Of a stretch of 64,000 nt of DNA, positions 12,893 through 25,742 are shown piece by piece. The stretch is from Octopus vulgaris (Eukaryota). The stretch covers positions 24,614,001 through 24,678,000 of the forward strand of contig OX597817.1 in the NCBI GenBank assembly GCA_951406725.2, given 5' to 3'. The notes under the pieces were generated by a model. The model had not been told where the DNA came from. It did no database searches and saw nothing but the letters and a program-made list of their open reading frames with translations. The position numbers and the translations under genes are program-made. Within the stretch, counting starts at the first letter, position 1; the number at the start of each line of letters is the position of its first letter.

Positions 12893-13310
12893 GGGATCTT
12901 TTCGGTATGACCGGCAGTTTTTTAAAATAATTTCCACGTGAACTAAACACTTTTAAACTTCGTATACTGGTAGAATGTGTTTATAAAACATCTTTTACTC
13001 TTGGCGTTATTGAGAAAATGCTATGATTTGTAAGATATTTGTTGTTGTTTTTCTTCAATTTCTGCAATTTCAACCAATCAATGATGTCTATTGAGGTTAA
13101 AACATCCTGTGCCGTATGAATATGTCCCTCATTTAAGAAACAGAATGGGTTTATTTACATTTCTGAAGAAAAAAATACCCTTCCTCCCATCCCTAACCCT
13201 AACCCTAAAACAGATTGAAATTCAATAGATCGATGCTAGGGTCATAATTATGGGTAACAATTTCATATGACACCGCTAGAAAAAACTGCCGGTCAAACCG
13301 AAAAGATCCC
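12893..13310. mobile_element. Non-autonomous DNA transposon (MITE) with about 31-bp TIRs and an internal (CCCTAA)3
   Basis: gggatcttttcggtatgaccggcagtttttt pairs with aaaaaactgccggtcaaaccgaaaagatccc (one mismatch). Possible 6-bp TSD agatgt/agatat. Confidence 0.88.
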
Positions 13311-13702
13311 AGATATGTACTGAACAAAGCACAGTAAAGGTGCCTCGTTTAGTATAGAAGTAACTTGGAACAAAAGTTGATACATGGTTGAAGTTGCCTT
13401 AAGTCTTGCAACAGACAGTCCCTAAGTGATGTATGATGTTCGGTAAATTTATGATAAGGACATCAAGGCAAAAAAATCTCTTCCAAAACATGACATGCTG
13501 CATAAAGATTTCTCTGTGGATGGAAATGATAAGTGAGCAGTAATAAAATATTGAGTGCACCACCTAACACCCATGCCAGCATGGTAACACAGATACAAAA
13601 TTGTAATGATGAGGGGTATATCTTTGACTTTAAAAATGTTGATATTAGTCACTGACTTCATCAGGATTATCATCACATTTGTAATCATCATTACCACTAT
13701 TC

Positions 13703-14510
13703 ATCATCATCATCATCATCATCATCATTATCATTTAACGTCCACTTTACATTCAGGCTCAGGTTGGACAGTTTGACTGCAAACTGGTAAGCTAGGGAGC
13801 TGCACCAGTTTCTGATCTCATTTGGCAAGGTTTCTATAGCTGGATGCCCTTCTTAACACCTAACCACTTCGAGAGTGTAGTGGGTGTTTTTTATGTGCCA
13901 CTGGCACAGGTACCATTAACCTGACACTGGCATTGGCCCAACTATGGTCTCACTTGGCATGATAGAGCTACACCAGCAAGGTATATCGTTAAAGGTCTTT
14001 GTCACTTGTTACTACATCCATGAGGCCCAATGCTCAAATAGTGCTTTTTATGTGCCATTGGCAAAAATTCCAGTCAGACGGAACTGGCATCGGCCATGAC
14101 TATGATTTCACTTGGCTCGACAAGTCTTCACAAACACTGTATATTGCCCAATGATTGAAGGGTGCTTTTAACGGGCCTTGATTACAATCTCACTTGGCTT
14201 TCAGAGTTTTCTCAAGTACAGCATATGCCAAAGGTCTCAGTCGTTTGTCATTGCCTCTGTGATCATGCTTCACCACCTCATCCCATGTCTTCCTTGGTTT
14301 TCCTCTTCCACAGGTTCCCTCCACTGTTAGAGTACAACACTCTTCATACAGCTGTCCTCATCCATTCACATAACATAACCATACCAGTGCAGTTGTCTCT
14401 CTTGCTCACCACATTTGATGTTTCTCATGCCTAACCTTTCTCTCAGGATGCTTACACTCTGTCATGCATGCACACTGATATTACACACCCAGCGAAGCAT
14501 TCTAGCATTA
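13703..14510 (-). mobile_element. RTE-like LINE 3' end with a (GAT)n tail
   Basis: Minus-strand C-terminal motif TLTVEGTCGRGKPRKTWDEVVKHD. The 3' UTR contains gctggatgcccttc.taac.cc and ends in (CAT)n on the plus strand. Confidence 0.85.
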
Positions 14511-15533
14511 GATTTTTTTATTTTTATTAATTACCTTAATTCTTCTGTGCGTTGATAGTTGGGGCATGAGTGAAATAATATCACTGTTCACAAATATTTT
14601 CAAGCAATCTTTGTATGACATCTTTCTCATTTTCTTATTATGAATGTTTCCTGGATTTCATCTCATGACTAACTCTCATCTAATACTTAGCAGTCACTGC
14701 AGCATATAGTAATTGAACCTTACATGATACACACACACACACACACACACACACTTTGACAATAAAAAAAATTCAAATAAATCTCACACATACATTAGTG
14801 TGTCTGCGTGTGTGTGAGTGTGTAGGTTGTGCATTGTAAAATTTGATGTTTAAATATATTTGCAGACATGACATGATATTTTATTATATTGATATACTGG
14901 ATATGTCACCAACCAATTTAAAATTTTTCTTGGCAATAAAAAAAAAATTTGAATAAATCACACATATTTTTCGGTTTTTTTTTTTTCACTAAACAATAAG
15001 ATTGTTGTCGAAAATGCTAAGAGTCATACAATGAAAATATTTTTCATACTTATTTCATAAAATATAACAGATAAATTGAAAAGAGTCCTTATCAAGGAAA
15101 GGGCAAATGTTTTTCTTTTTTTTTTAAATAAAAGGTTAAAACTCATTGTTATGCTCAAAAAAAAAAAAAAAAAGAAAGAAAAGGAAGATAATAGTAGCAA
15201 AGAAATAAAAGATACATAAATTGTTTTGCAGGAAATGTACGAACTAAAACTGAACAAGATGAAACAATTTTCAGAAATGTTTAATATAGTGTTGTTAGTT
15301 AACAAAAGATTATCTTGCATAAAAGACAAAAAAAAAATAAATAAATAAATAAATAAAATTAGCCAATGCAAGTTTTAGAAAAAGGAAGGAAAGAGATATT
15401 GAACTTCTTGAAAATTTTAAAACATGTGAAAACATTTGCTTTGTAGTTTTTCTCTTGGAGGAAGTCATCGTCGACATCATTATGTAAGTATTATATGTCA
15501 TGTCTATTTGTTTATATATGTGTATGTATAATA

Positions 15534-15578
<45 letters not shown>

Positions 15579-16139
15579 AATACTTATATACACATACACA
15601 CACTATACACAAATATAAGAAAAAATATTCTGGTTTTCAATAGTGCTTTGCAGTTGGTATTTTAAAGTAATCATGAGCTGTGAATAACAGAGAAGAAATA
15701 TATACGAATAAATGGAAAAAGTATAAAATATTTTAAGTACAGGAACTCTTCATACACAGACATACATGCATACATACACTCACACAGATACATGTACACA
15801 TACATGTGCACACACATATACATACATACATATATACATATGTACATACCTGATGGCTATCAATTCATTAGATAAGTATGACCATGGCTGACTAAATAAA
15901 GTGCATCTTAGCATTACATGTTGTGAGAACGACAATAGCATTTGAATCCTGCCAGTGACTTACAGAGCTAGTTACGAGTTCAACATTCATTCAAATTTTT
16001 CTCTGATTTCTTGATTTTTCTTGTTCGTTCTCGTGATTTTCTCTGTGTGCCCTCATTGCTTAGATAAATCTGAGTGATTAACACATGTTTTCTGGTAGAC
16101 AGTGCATGCGAGGTTGGTCTCAACAAGAAAGTCGTTGTA

Positions 16140-18651
16140 ATTTGTTACATGTTGTATGACTTCTCTGGTGGTTCACCGAGCCTGTGGGAGATATAAATAT
16201 GTGGCCACAGACTTCACAGACAAGGTGAGGAGCTGTAGAGTCAATGGAATGGAATTGTCTTTCCATTCTGATCACCTTGTGCATGACTACTCATTTGCAT
16301 TTTGCTTCCAGATTTTCCTATATTATCTTTACTTCTAGGTTTTCCTATAATGTGATATATATTCCCACTCCTAGAGCAGTGAGCTGGCAGAAACATTAGC
16401 ATGCCTGGTGAAATGTGTAGCCATATTTCGTCTGTCATTACGTTCTGAGTTCAAATTCCACCGAGGTCGACTTTGCCTTTTATCCTTTCGGGGTCGATAA
16501 ATTAAACACCAGTTACGCACTGGGGTCGATGTAATCGACTTAATACCTTTGTATGTCCTTGTTTGTCCCCTCTATGTTTAGCCCCTTGTGGGCAATAAAG
16601 AAATATATATATTCCCACTCCTTTTCTGAAATCTTGCAGATTTCAAGTGATTCTTTTTAAGCTGTCCTTTAATCATTTCCTGGGCTTATGTTGTAGTTAA
16701 GTACCTTGTGACAGCTCACCATACAATATTTGCTTGGGAATTCTGCTGTCATCAAAACATAGAACATGACCAACCTGGCACATAAGGTGACAGGGAATGT
16801 GGGCCTCAATACTCACTCACTGCACTGGTTTTTTTCTTAGACCTCTGTGTCATGCACATGTGTTATCAAGTGGATGCCTAGGATGTTTCTCAAACATTTC
16901 TGTTGAAAATACTCAAGTACTTTTTAACTGTTGATGGTACACTACCCTGGTTTCATACAAAAATAATAGGCATGTCTGTATGCAGTTATTGTAGACCACG
17001 AACTTGAAACCTGGGGTTATTCTTCAAGCCTCACTAGGACCAGACATGATCTTTCAGAATGGCAAAGGCATCAGTGGTCCTTTTCGTTTGTGCAGTGATT
17101 TCATTGTCTAATGAATAGTGTAAATTGATAATGCTATCCAAATATTTAATCGTATCAACTACCTACAGTCTGTAGCCATCAACATAGATAGCTGGTTCTA
17201 CATATAAAAATTCAGGCACAGGTTTGTACATTACTACAGTTATGTCAAGACTGATGATGAGGTTAAAGGCCTTGTAGAAGGGTTAAAGGCCTTGTAGAAG
17301 GTCGAAAGTCTGGTAGCTCCTGTACAGTGTGAGACACATAGAAGAAATCACACCAAAGATTAGGGAGTCTTTGCCCTTGCTGCAAAATGCTAAATGCTGA
17401 AGATCTGATCTAATGCATGATATTGTATATATACGCACCTCCTTGTTGTAGTACTTGAAAGTGTGCCGCAGAATTACAAAGGAGATTGTGAATAGTGTTA
17501 GGGCAAAAAGGTTACCTTCTTTGACAGCATTTTTGATATTGAAGGCCTCTCTTATGATCCCACCTAGATTTACTGAAACTTGGAAGGACTGTTGTAATTT
17601 CATAAAGTAATTTCAGAATAGCTGAGGTGGCTAAGGATTGCTCAAGATGTTTAACAACTGTCAGAGTTAAGTGCCTTTGTTAGATCTTCAAACATTTAAA
17701 AGAAATTTGCTGTTGTTCAAAACACTTGAACTTGTCTAGTCTTGAATATCATATCTGTTGCATCTTGTTTTGCTCTGAAGTCATACTGAGATTCTGGTAA
17801 GATCCTTTCAGTGATGTAGGCATTTAGCCTTGTCAGAAGTATCATGGCAAAGATTTTTCCTGCTGCTGCAATACCACAAAGCAACACCACAGTATTTTTC
17901 ACAGCTCTCACATGGTCCTTTACATTTGTACAAAGTTATCATGATAGAGCCTTGCCAATCGTTATGCATTTCACCAGTTGTCCAGATGTTGCATATGATC
18001 TTGTGCATAAGGAGCACCATATGAGCTCACTTCCACGATTATGAATCTCAGCAAAGATACCATCATCTCCAGCCACCTTGCCAGTATTCTGCTGACCAAT
18101 AGCAGAGATTACTTTGTTTTTAGTTGGTGGATTACTGAGGCTTCAGACTACTGGACACTGGTCAAGACTGTCCAGTACAATAGGCTCTATTTCTGCACTT
18201 CTGTTGAGCAGATCAGAGAAGTATTGTCACCATCTTGTTGAGATCTTCTCAATGCTGGTGTAAAGCCCTTTTTCATCCCCAGCGTAGAGAAGAGCAACAG
18301 TTACTGCTTTTGATCCAAAAGCTTACTTCATAAAACTTCATAAAGTACTTTGATATTCTTGCTGTCTGCTGCAGTTTGGATTTCAGCTTCAAGGTTCTCA
18401 TTATCAAGTGTAGCTCAAGATCAGAGCTACAGTGAAACTAAAGAAAAATGGGCTCTGTCCCAGCTAAAATGAAGGACTGGCTTCATGAAAATGATGAGGC
18501 AATATGGTGCATTGTAGCAAGGAGACATGCATGACCAAATCTTACAAGAAAATATCTACCAATCAAAAGCATCTTGAAACCCTGTTAAAAGAAGCCAATT
18601 TTGATGCACAGAAGCATTTTGCACCATGCATGATACCTGGTGATAGAACCT
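16140..18651 (-). mobile_element. Decayed RTE-clade LINE (RT plus C-terminal C2H2), interrupted by a SINE, with an inverted 5' segment
   Basis: Remnants IWTTGEMHNDWQGSIMITLYKCKG, GKIFAMILLTRLNAYITERILPESQYDFRAKQDATDMIF, FNIKNAVKEG and CEVCGHIFISPTGSVNHQRSH, with many stops and frameshifts. Confidence 0.88.
16375..16604 (+). mobile_element. tRNA-derived SINE family D (Meta-domain-like core)
   Basis: gagctggcagaaac head, gagttcaaattc B box, core gactttgcctttTatcctttcggggtcgataaattaa. TSD tatattcccactcct. Confidence 0.9.
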
Positions 18652-18724
18652 GAATTGTAAACTGTAGCATATACACATAGATGCATACTTACATACGTAC
18701 ATACATATATACTCGCATGCATAC

Positions 18725-18775
<51 letters not shown>

Positions 18776-18818
18776 CATACATATACATATATACATATAT
18801 ATATATATATACATACAT

Positions 18819-18869
<51 letters not shown>

Positions 18870-18890
18870 CATATACATACATACATATAT

Positions 18891-19095
18891 ACCGGAGTAA
18901 ACACATAAATGTGAAACAAGGTGGAAAAAAGAGTACTCAAATACCAGTGGTAGAGTAATATGCTTTATTTAAAGCAGCAGAAAATCCAACAAAACCTGTT
19001 ACTCTGAGTTGATACATATTGTCAGGGATTTACTTAAAATTGGAACGTGAAACTCAGAGTAACAGGTTTTGTTGAATTTTCTGCTGCTTTAAATA
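18891..19095. mobile_element. Penelope-like element terminal fragment in inverted arrangement within a (TA)n/(TACA)n tract
   Basis: 45-bp inverted arms 18966-19010 and 19051-19095 (one mismatch). The right arm starts with gaacgt-GAAA-ctc-a-gag-TA-acag, the 3' half of a hammerhead motif. Confidence 0.6.
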
Positions 19096-21939
19096 CATAC
19101 ATGATGATATATATACACATACATATATATACATACATACTTGTTTGAAATCTTCATTGCTTGTATCATTTAAGATGTAAAATGTCTGACTTAATTACTT
19201 AGCATATGAAGACGAGTAGGATGAGAAACAAGGAGTGTTTGGGGGCTACACAGAAGCAAACAAAAGCTTTTTGCAATAAAATGAGTTATGTGAGGTTAAC
19301 CCTGAATACATTAGTTGCTTTCATTATATTCGATGGATATTCCGTCCAATTCTCTTTATAGCATATTTCAAAAGTGAGTTGGTACCTGGGTACTGGATTT
19401 ACGAAATCCTTATCAACTGTCCATAGATGTTTTCTTTCTCCTTTATTTTTTCCGACCACATTGGTGTCCAGATGGCAACAGAGTTCCACAACAATATCTG
19501 ACTGGTTGTGTTTCAACTTGGTGGCTTTTTTAATTGAAAATAGTCTTTTGACCCCGCAGTTTTCATATAGACAACTTTCATCTCATCACTAGAAATAGGC
19601 TAAACCATTGATTTCAAAAGAATCGTGTGAAAAACATTAACTATATGAGTAGTCATGTACAAGAGGTGGGTGGAGATGAATAAAAATGTTTGTGTTAACT
19701 TTTGGGTTTATAAACAAATGAAATGAAAGTTTAAATACAAACTCATTATTATGATTCCACACAATTTCAATTTTTGATACATATTGTCAGGGATTTACTT
19801 AAAAATTGTGTGGAGTAGCATTTACCTCAAAATTCTAGAAATAGAAATTAGGCAGTGCTTCTCAATGAAATTAGATTATCAGCAAAGACGAACATTTTAG
19901 AATCCATATTGGTGTTCACAGGAAAAAATATGCACTCATTCCTCAAGTATTGTTAAAAATGGATACAGATGAGAACTAAGTATTGAGACAAGTTTCAAGA
20001 AAATATTAAATAAATACCATATGCTTAGGCTATACAGTCTGATATGCCGAAATCAGCTATTGGTTATTAATAAAATTCTCATGTCAAGTTCATATGTTAG
20101 AAATGCTTCTAAATATTTCAGGTTCAAGTATTTATGATAAAAAAGCTTTGCTTCAAATACATCAAATAACTTTTAATATATACATTTCTAAATTTTCAGG
20201 AAGTTAAATAATTGAAGGATTTCTGCCCTGAAACCAAAATACATCTAGATTTTCAGAAATCATTTCTTACTTCAATAAAATGTGAATTAAAGATCATTCA
20301 CAATAATAGTTTAAATACTTTCGCTTTCAATTTTAATGATGCCTATTTTCTTGTTTTCTTTTCATCTTCTTGGTTTCACAATTATTCTTGCGATCTATTT
20401 ATATCCCAGGCTCAATTGTCTTTGTTCAAAACAGGAAAATCATTTGTAATTGGAGAAGATTGTTTAGTAAGGATGCCTTTAAGGAAAATAAATGACTTTT
20501 GATGGAAACCATAACAAATTTCTTTGTATAATTTTCCATATTTCCCTGTTCTAATTTTCTAATTTCTCTTTTGTATTCAGGAGCCTGTTACATGAATCCC
20601 TATGTGGTTTCTATTGAAGCAATTAGTATTTTTATTTAAATTGTAGGATTCCTTACTATATGCCATTGCTGACGTTCTTATTAGTAGCAGAAGTGGTGGC
20701 ATCATCATCATCATTAACCTCCTCATTATCATCATCATTATCATCCCCGTCATATATTGATTTTTGTTTACCACATGTAGAAGAGTAGTTAGTTAGAGAG
20801 TAGTGGTTATGTAAATGTGTACTTTAATGAAAGCAGATTAAGAATTTTTACATCGGTCACGATCTGTATGATCTTCCTTGCTATATTTTTCTTACATTAT
20901 TACATTATTACAATAATTTATAGTTCCATTTGTTTTGAAAATTCTCTAGCATTCCCAGTTTATACAAAGATGCACAAAGAAAGGTAGTCAGACATACAGA
21001 GAAATAGATAGATAATCACAGATAAATTGATAAATCAAACCAGAATAACTGTCCCCACCATATATTTCAATCAACCCTCTCTGTACAAACATACTTTTCT
21101 CCTATTTTTCTTTATTATCTTTTTCAATACAGCATCATTTGTCTACCTACACCTAATCTAATATTAATTCATATTACTCTGTGTACTCAAGGAATGACCT
21201 GCAAAAAAAAAACTGTATAAAACTAGAAGAGCTACAGTAAGTTACAGACTGATGATAGTGAGAAAGCCAAAACTATATACCTTTACCTTATAATAATTAA
21301 TAAAATATGTTCTCTTTAATAAATAAATGTTTTTATATTCTTTAAAGTCAAAACAAAGCAAACAACAAAATAATGAATAAATAGAAGTCAATGGCTTGTA
21401 CATTTAGCTTGTATTTCAAAATCTCAAGGTTAAGACTCCTACATCAGAAAATTTATGAAAAATAATGTTCTGTGCTATAATGTGTTTATGAAGGGTTGCT
21501 TTGCATACTTTGGATACTGTTGGTATTGTCAGTGGTCAGTTATGGTCCTCCTCAGTCACAAGTTGATAGTCATCATCATCATCATCATCATATATATAAT
21601 ATAACATAAGATAGATAGACAGATACATACATATATACATACAGACAGACAGACAGACAGACAGAAATACAGGCATACTGATATAAATAACCATACATGC
21701 AATTTTATCTACTGGCATGCAGCATCAAAAAGGGAACATTTGGTGTGTGAATAGTATTTGCGTCCTTTTTTTTTTAGGAACAAGATATTACCGCCTAATT
21801 ATTTGCATTTCAATTATCATATTAATTGGAATTATTATTCCCAGAGAATTCAAATGATTTAAAGAGTTGAGGTTTACAGGTGATAATGCTTATTTTCTCC
21901 AATTAAATTAGCAATCATTCGTATTTCCCATGTATAATA

Positions 21940-22280
21940 AATAATAATAATAATAATAATTGTGTACAGTGCTCAGGTGCACCACAACTCATCTAAAGTG
22001 TATGTATAATCAGGTGTAGTTTCGGCGGATTTCGGAGAGCATGAGGGCCTTAAAGGATGCAGTGTCATGGCAGTCAACAACTGACGCAGGCAGTTTATTC
22101 CATGCTTCAGCAACTCTGAGCGTGAAAAAAGGTTTCCGAAAGTCATGGGAGCTGTGTTGTTTTCTGACTTTGTAGGCATGTCCACGTGTGCTAGACACAT
22201 AGAGATCAAAAAGGTGTTCAGTGTTGTTGTTGGTGAGGTGGTTGATAACTTTGTGGGTGTTTGTCGAAGCAGAGGCTACG
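21940..22280 (-). mobile_element. CR1-clade LINE 3' end with an (ATT)n tail
   Basis: ORF 22010-22198 STRGHAYKVRKQHSSHDFRKPFFTLRVAEAWNKLPASVVDCHDTASFK is a typical CR1 ORF2 C-terminus. Confidence 0.9.
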
Positions 22281-22459
22281 GTGCTCCACTGAAGTTTAAT
22301 TTAGTGCCTTTAGGCTTTAAATTCAATACATATACCATTAGTGGGTTGGTCTTACATAACATTTTGTTATTAAATACATGCCTAAGCATAGTATAACCAC
22401 TTAATGTCCGATTTGAAAGTAATGTAATATTTATTGGCCGGTTTTCTTATCAACAAAGT

Positions 22460-22830
22460 ATCATCATCATCCTTTAACGTCCGTTCTCCATGCTAGCATG
22501 GGTTGGACGGTTCGACCGGGGATCTGGGAAGCCAGAAGGCTGCACCAGGCTCCGGTCTTATCTGGCAAAGTTTCTACAGCTGGATGCCCTTCCTAACGCC
22601 AACCACTCCGTGAGTGTAGTGGGTGCTTTTTACGTGCCACCTGCACTGGTGCCAGGCAAGGCTGGCATCGGCCACGGTCGGATTGCTGCATTTTATGGAA
22701 GCCAGTCAAGGCGGCACTGGCTTCGGCTACGATTCGGATGGTGCTTTTTACGTGCCACCGACACGGAAGCCAGTTGAGGCGGCGCTGGCATTGGCCACAA
22801 TTCAGATGGTGCATTTTATGGAAGCTACTC
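22460..22830 (-). mobile_element. RTE-like 3' UTR/tail copy with internal tandem units
   Basis: (CAT)n tttaacgtcc...ggatgcccttcctaacgccaacc, plus repeated ggtgctttttacgtgccacc units. Confidence 0.85.
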
Positions 22831-23365
22831 AATAATTAAAAAGTAATAACCCAATGAAATGATTCATCATAGGTATACCGTACTGTGCTCTCTGTAATCT
22901 GATATATTTGGCTACACGCCTACTCTCATCAGAAATGTTTCAGTGAGACAAAATTCTTCGTAGTTCTTTTGTTATGAAACAGCATTTCTCTCTCATATAG
23001 TAAATATATACAGCAAATTCCATGTCTAACATAGTAGTTATGATACCAATGATGGCAACATTATTATTGAATCTAATATGCATAAATTTGTGAAGAGTTA
23101 TGCATTTCTGGACATTTAATTATGTATTTGTATTATATCATTTACATTATATAACCGATAATCAGTGTTTGTTATTGAAGCATGTGTAAGATGATGTAAC
23201 TAATTATTTTACACATTAGCTTTCCGGTTTTGCTTTGTTTTCTCGATGTACTTATTGGTGCATCCAATTGTGAATTTCACCCAAATGATATGCATACTAT
23301 AGTAAGCGTTTTCCTCTTGGTTTCTCTTCATATATGCATGCATATAGTTTTCAGAGTAAATACTA

Positions 23366-23876
23366 CCATAAATCCTTGAGTATCGTTCAACCTTTTAGTA
23401 TAATACACAGGGGATTTTTAGGGGGCTGTACCTCTGAAAAACCTAAACCTTGTGTATAATACACGCCCCTTCTCTAATTTGAGTCAAGGAGGTCTATATA
23501 ACGTCCTTGGTTTGTAAAAATGTATACAATAACGTCCTTTATTGTTATTGTATATATAACATAATGCAAACGTGTAGCATTTTGTTTGCAGATAATAAAG
23601 AAATAACAGTAATAACAATAATAAAGTTTAATAAATGTTGCTTACTGCAAGTTATGGATGATTTTTTTATGACTTCATTGCTTTCAGGCTTAGCTTAAGG
23701 TATTTGCACACCCGACATCACAAAATGTGTCTGAATAAACATTGCCAGACAGCAAATAGAGACTTGGACATTGCTTAGAAAATATTTTTCATTTTTAACT
23801 TTGTATATAGTACGCGCAAGGGATTTTGACCTTTAAATTTTGAGAAAAAATGCGGATTATACTCGAGGATTTATGG
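23366..23876. mobile_element. Tc1/pogo-type MITE
   Basis: TIRs ccataaatccttgagtat and atactcgaggatttatgg, with a TA target duplication. Confidence 0.85.
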
Positions 23877-23930
23877 TACTTGCAAATTTACAGATTTCCA
23901 AGCATCACTTGCATGTATTGCATACGCATA

Positions 23931-24995
23931 GGAGGGGATACCCAAAGGTAGCTGGAAACGGTCTCTGTGAGACAAGCCTATTGTAGCTCTGGCTTCTGCT
24001 GCTAGAAGCCACTTGATGTGACCTTCAGGCATCAGTCTGCCAACCAGTGTCATCGAGTAAAGTCATACTGCCATGTGGTGCGTTTTTGTTTTGCAGGGCT
24101 TCTCCCCTGTTCGTCGATTTTTGCAAAGACTGAAATGAAGAAACGGTGTACTTTCATGGATTTCTGTTTTCTGCTGGGGAAAATAGCAGCTGAAACAGTT
24201 GCCATGCTTCAAACACTTACAAGAACACTCCCGTGAGCAAAACATAAATTTACGAGTGGTTTTCATGCTTTAGAAATGGTCATTTGTCACTTGAAGGCCA
24301 ACCTTATTTAGGACAACCGTTGACCTCCCGAACTAATGAAAACATCATGAAAATTCATTGACAGAGCTTTCTTTGACAAGCTTGTTGATATGACTGCTGT
24401 GTCCTGGAGCTCCTGCCAACGAATTTTGAGCAAGGAATTGTGATTGAAAAGAATTGCTGCAAAATTTGTGTCTTGCTTGCTCATGGAAGATCAAAAGCAG
24501 TCATGACTGAATGGATGTTGTGAACTGAGAATGGATGTTGATCTGGATTTTTTTTCAAAGGTCACCAGCTGGTGCTATGGAATTTATAGATGTGGAAGAG
24601 GTGAAGAAAAAAAGCGATGGTGGTGTTAAAAGGTATCACTTCCTAAGAATTCCAACACTACTTCAAATAGTGGAAAAAATATTGCTTCAAATGGAGAATA
24701 TTTGAAGGTGATAAAAGTGTAAACATGTAAATCTAAGTGAATTTTATGTTATTTTATTTTATCTAGTTTCAGCTCACGAGCTGTGGCCATGCTGGGGCAC
24801 CGCCATTTGGTGTTGCTACATAATTTTACTTCACGAATGCTTTTTAGCAATTGCCATTTGGTGCATGAGAGAGTTCGATGCAGCTGCCCTCATCTACACA
24901 TCCTGCCATGAAGTTGGTTCATCTGGGATACTTGACAGGAAGAGATCCATAAAATAATATTGCAAAATTCCTGTTTTTTGAGGGGTACCTCTTTG
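23931..24995 (+). mobile_element. Decayed, internally deleted mariner element
   Basis: Degenerate TIRs gaggggatacccaaa and ttttgaggggtacctcttt, flanked by TA. HTH remnant FCFLLGKIAAETVAMLQT and C-terminal remnant FIDVEEVKKK...IASNGEY-EGD. Confidence 0.85.
24750..24948 (-). mobile_element. 5'-truncated CR1/L2-group LINE 3' end nested in the mariner
   Basis: DLFLSSIPDEPTSWQDV*MRAAASNSLMHQM. Tail ggcggtgccccagcatggccacagctcgtgagctgaaactagataaaataaaa. Confidence 0.8.
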
Positions 24996-25230
24996 TATAT
25001 ATTCACTTCTGCACTTCTGCAGACTCACTTGCACGTAAGTAGGTGCATAACATGAACTCATGTTCATACACATGTACACATAAATATATATATGCTTTCA
25101 TCAATATACATACACATGCATGTATATGTGCACACACATACACACAGACTTACATATTTGATCTGAAAGTCAATGATAATTCCTATTCATATGGCAGAGT
25201 TCCATGCTACAATGATAGTTTTAAGAGTTA

Positions 25231-25742
25231 CTAGCAGTATCGCCCGGCGTTGCTCGGGTTTGTAAGGGAAATAACTATATAAGCATTTTTAGAGAGTTAC
25301 TTCCCTTATAGATGCCAATTCGGGCTTTCTTAGCCATTTCTGTTTTGGTGTCTTCAAGCCATGAAGTCGTTGTTCTAAAAGAACGCTGGTCTCCTTGACA
25401 ACGCTTTACAACGTTGATTTCCTTACACTCCCTTCCCCACAGCTTCACGAGGGAGGGAAGAAGGGGAGAAGCAAACAGGTGCAGGTGTGACCATGGACGC
25501 CAACGCCGCTGCCATCGACACACGAAAAATTATGCATTAAAATGGAATAAAAAATGATGTTAAATTATTTTTAAAATCGTAGACTCATCGTAGACGCGCG
25601 CTAATACTCAGACGGGCTTGATATGAATCACGACTATAAGATACCCGAATTTGGTTAAACTGCACCGCAAAATGTGGGAATAGTTAGGAATCTAAATCGA
25701 AGGGGACAGACACTCACACAACTACAGTTTTATATATATAGA
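25231..25742 (-). mobile_element. Non-autonomous Helitron
   Basis: Minus strand starts A|TC and ends cccgagcaacgccggg-cgatactg-CTAG|T. Homologous to 34268-34572. Confidence 0.9.

Noticed and set aside
17261-17300. 20-bp perfect tandem duplication
   Set aside because: An ordinary slippage or repair duplication within a dead RTE.
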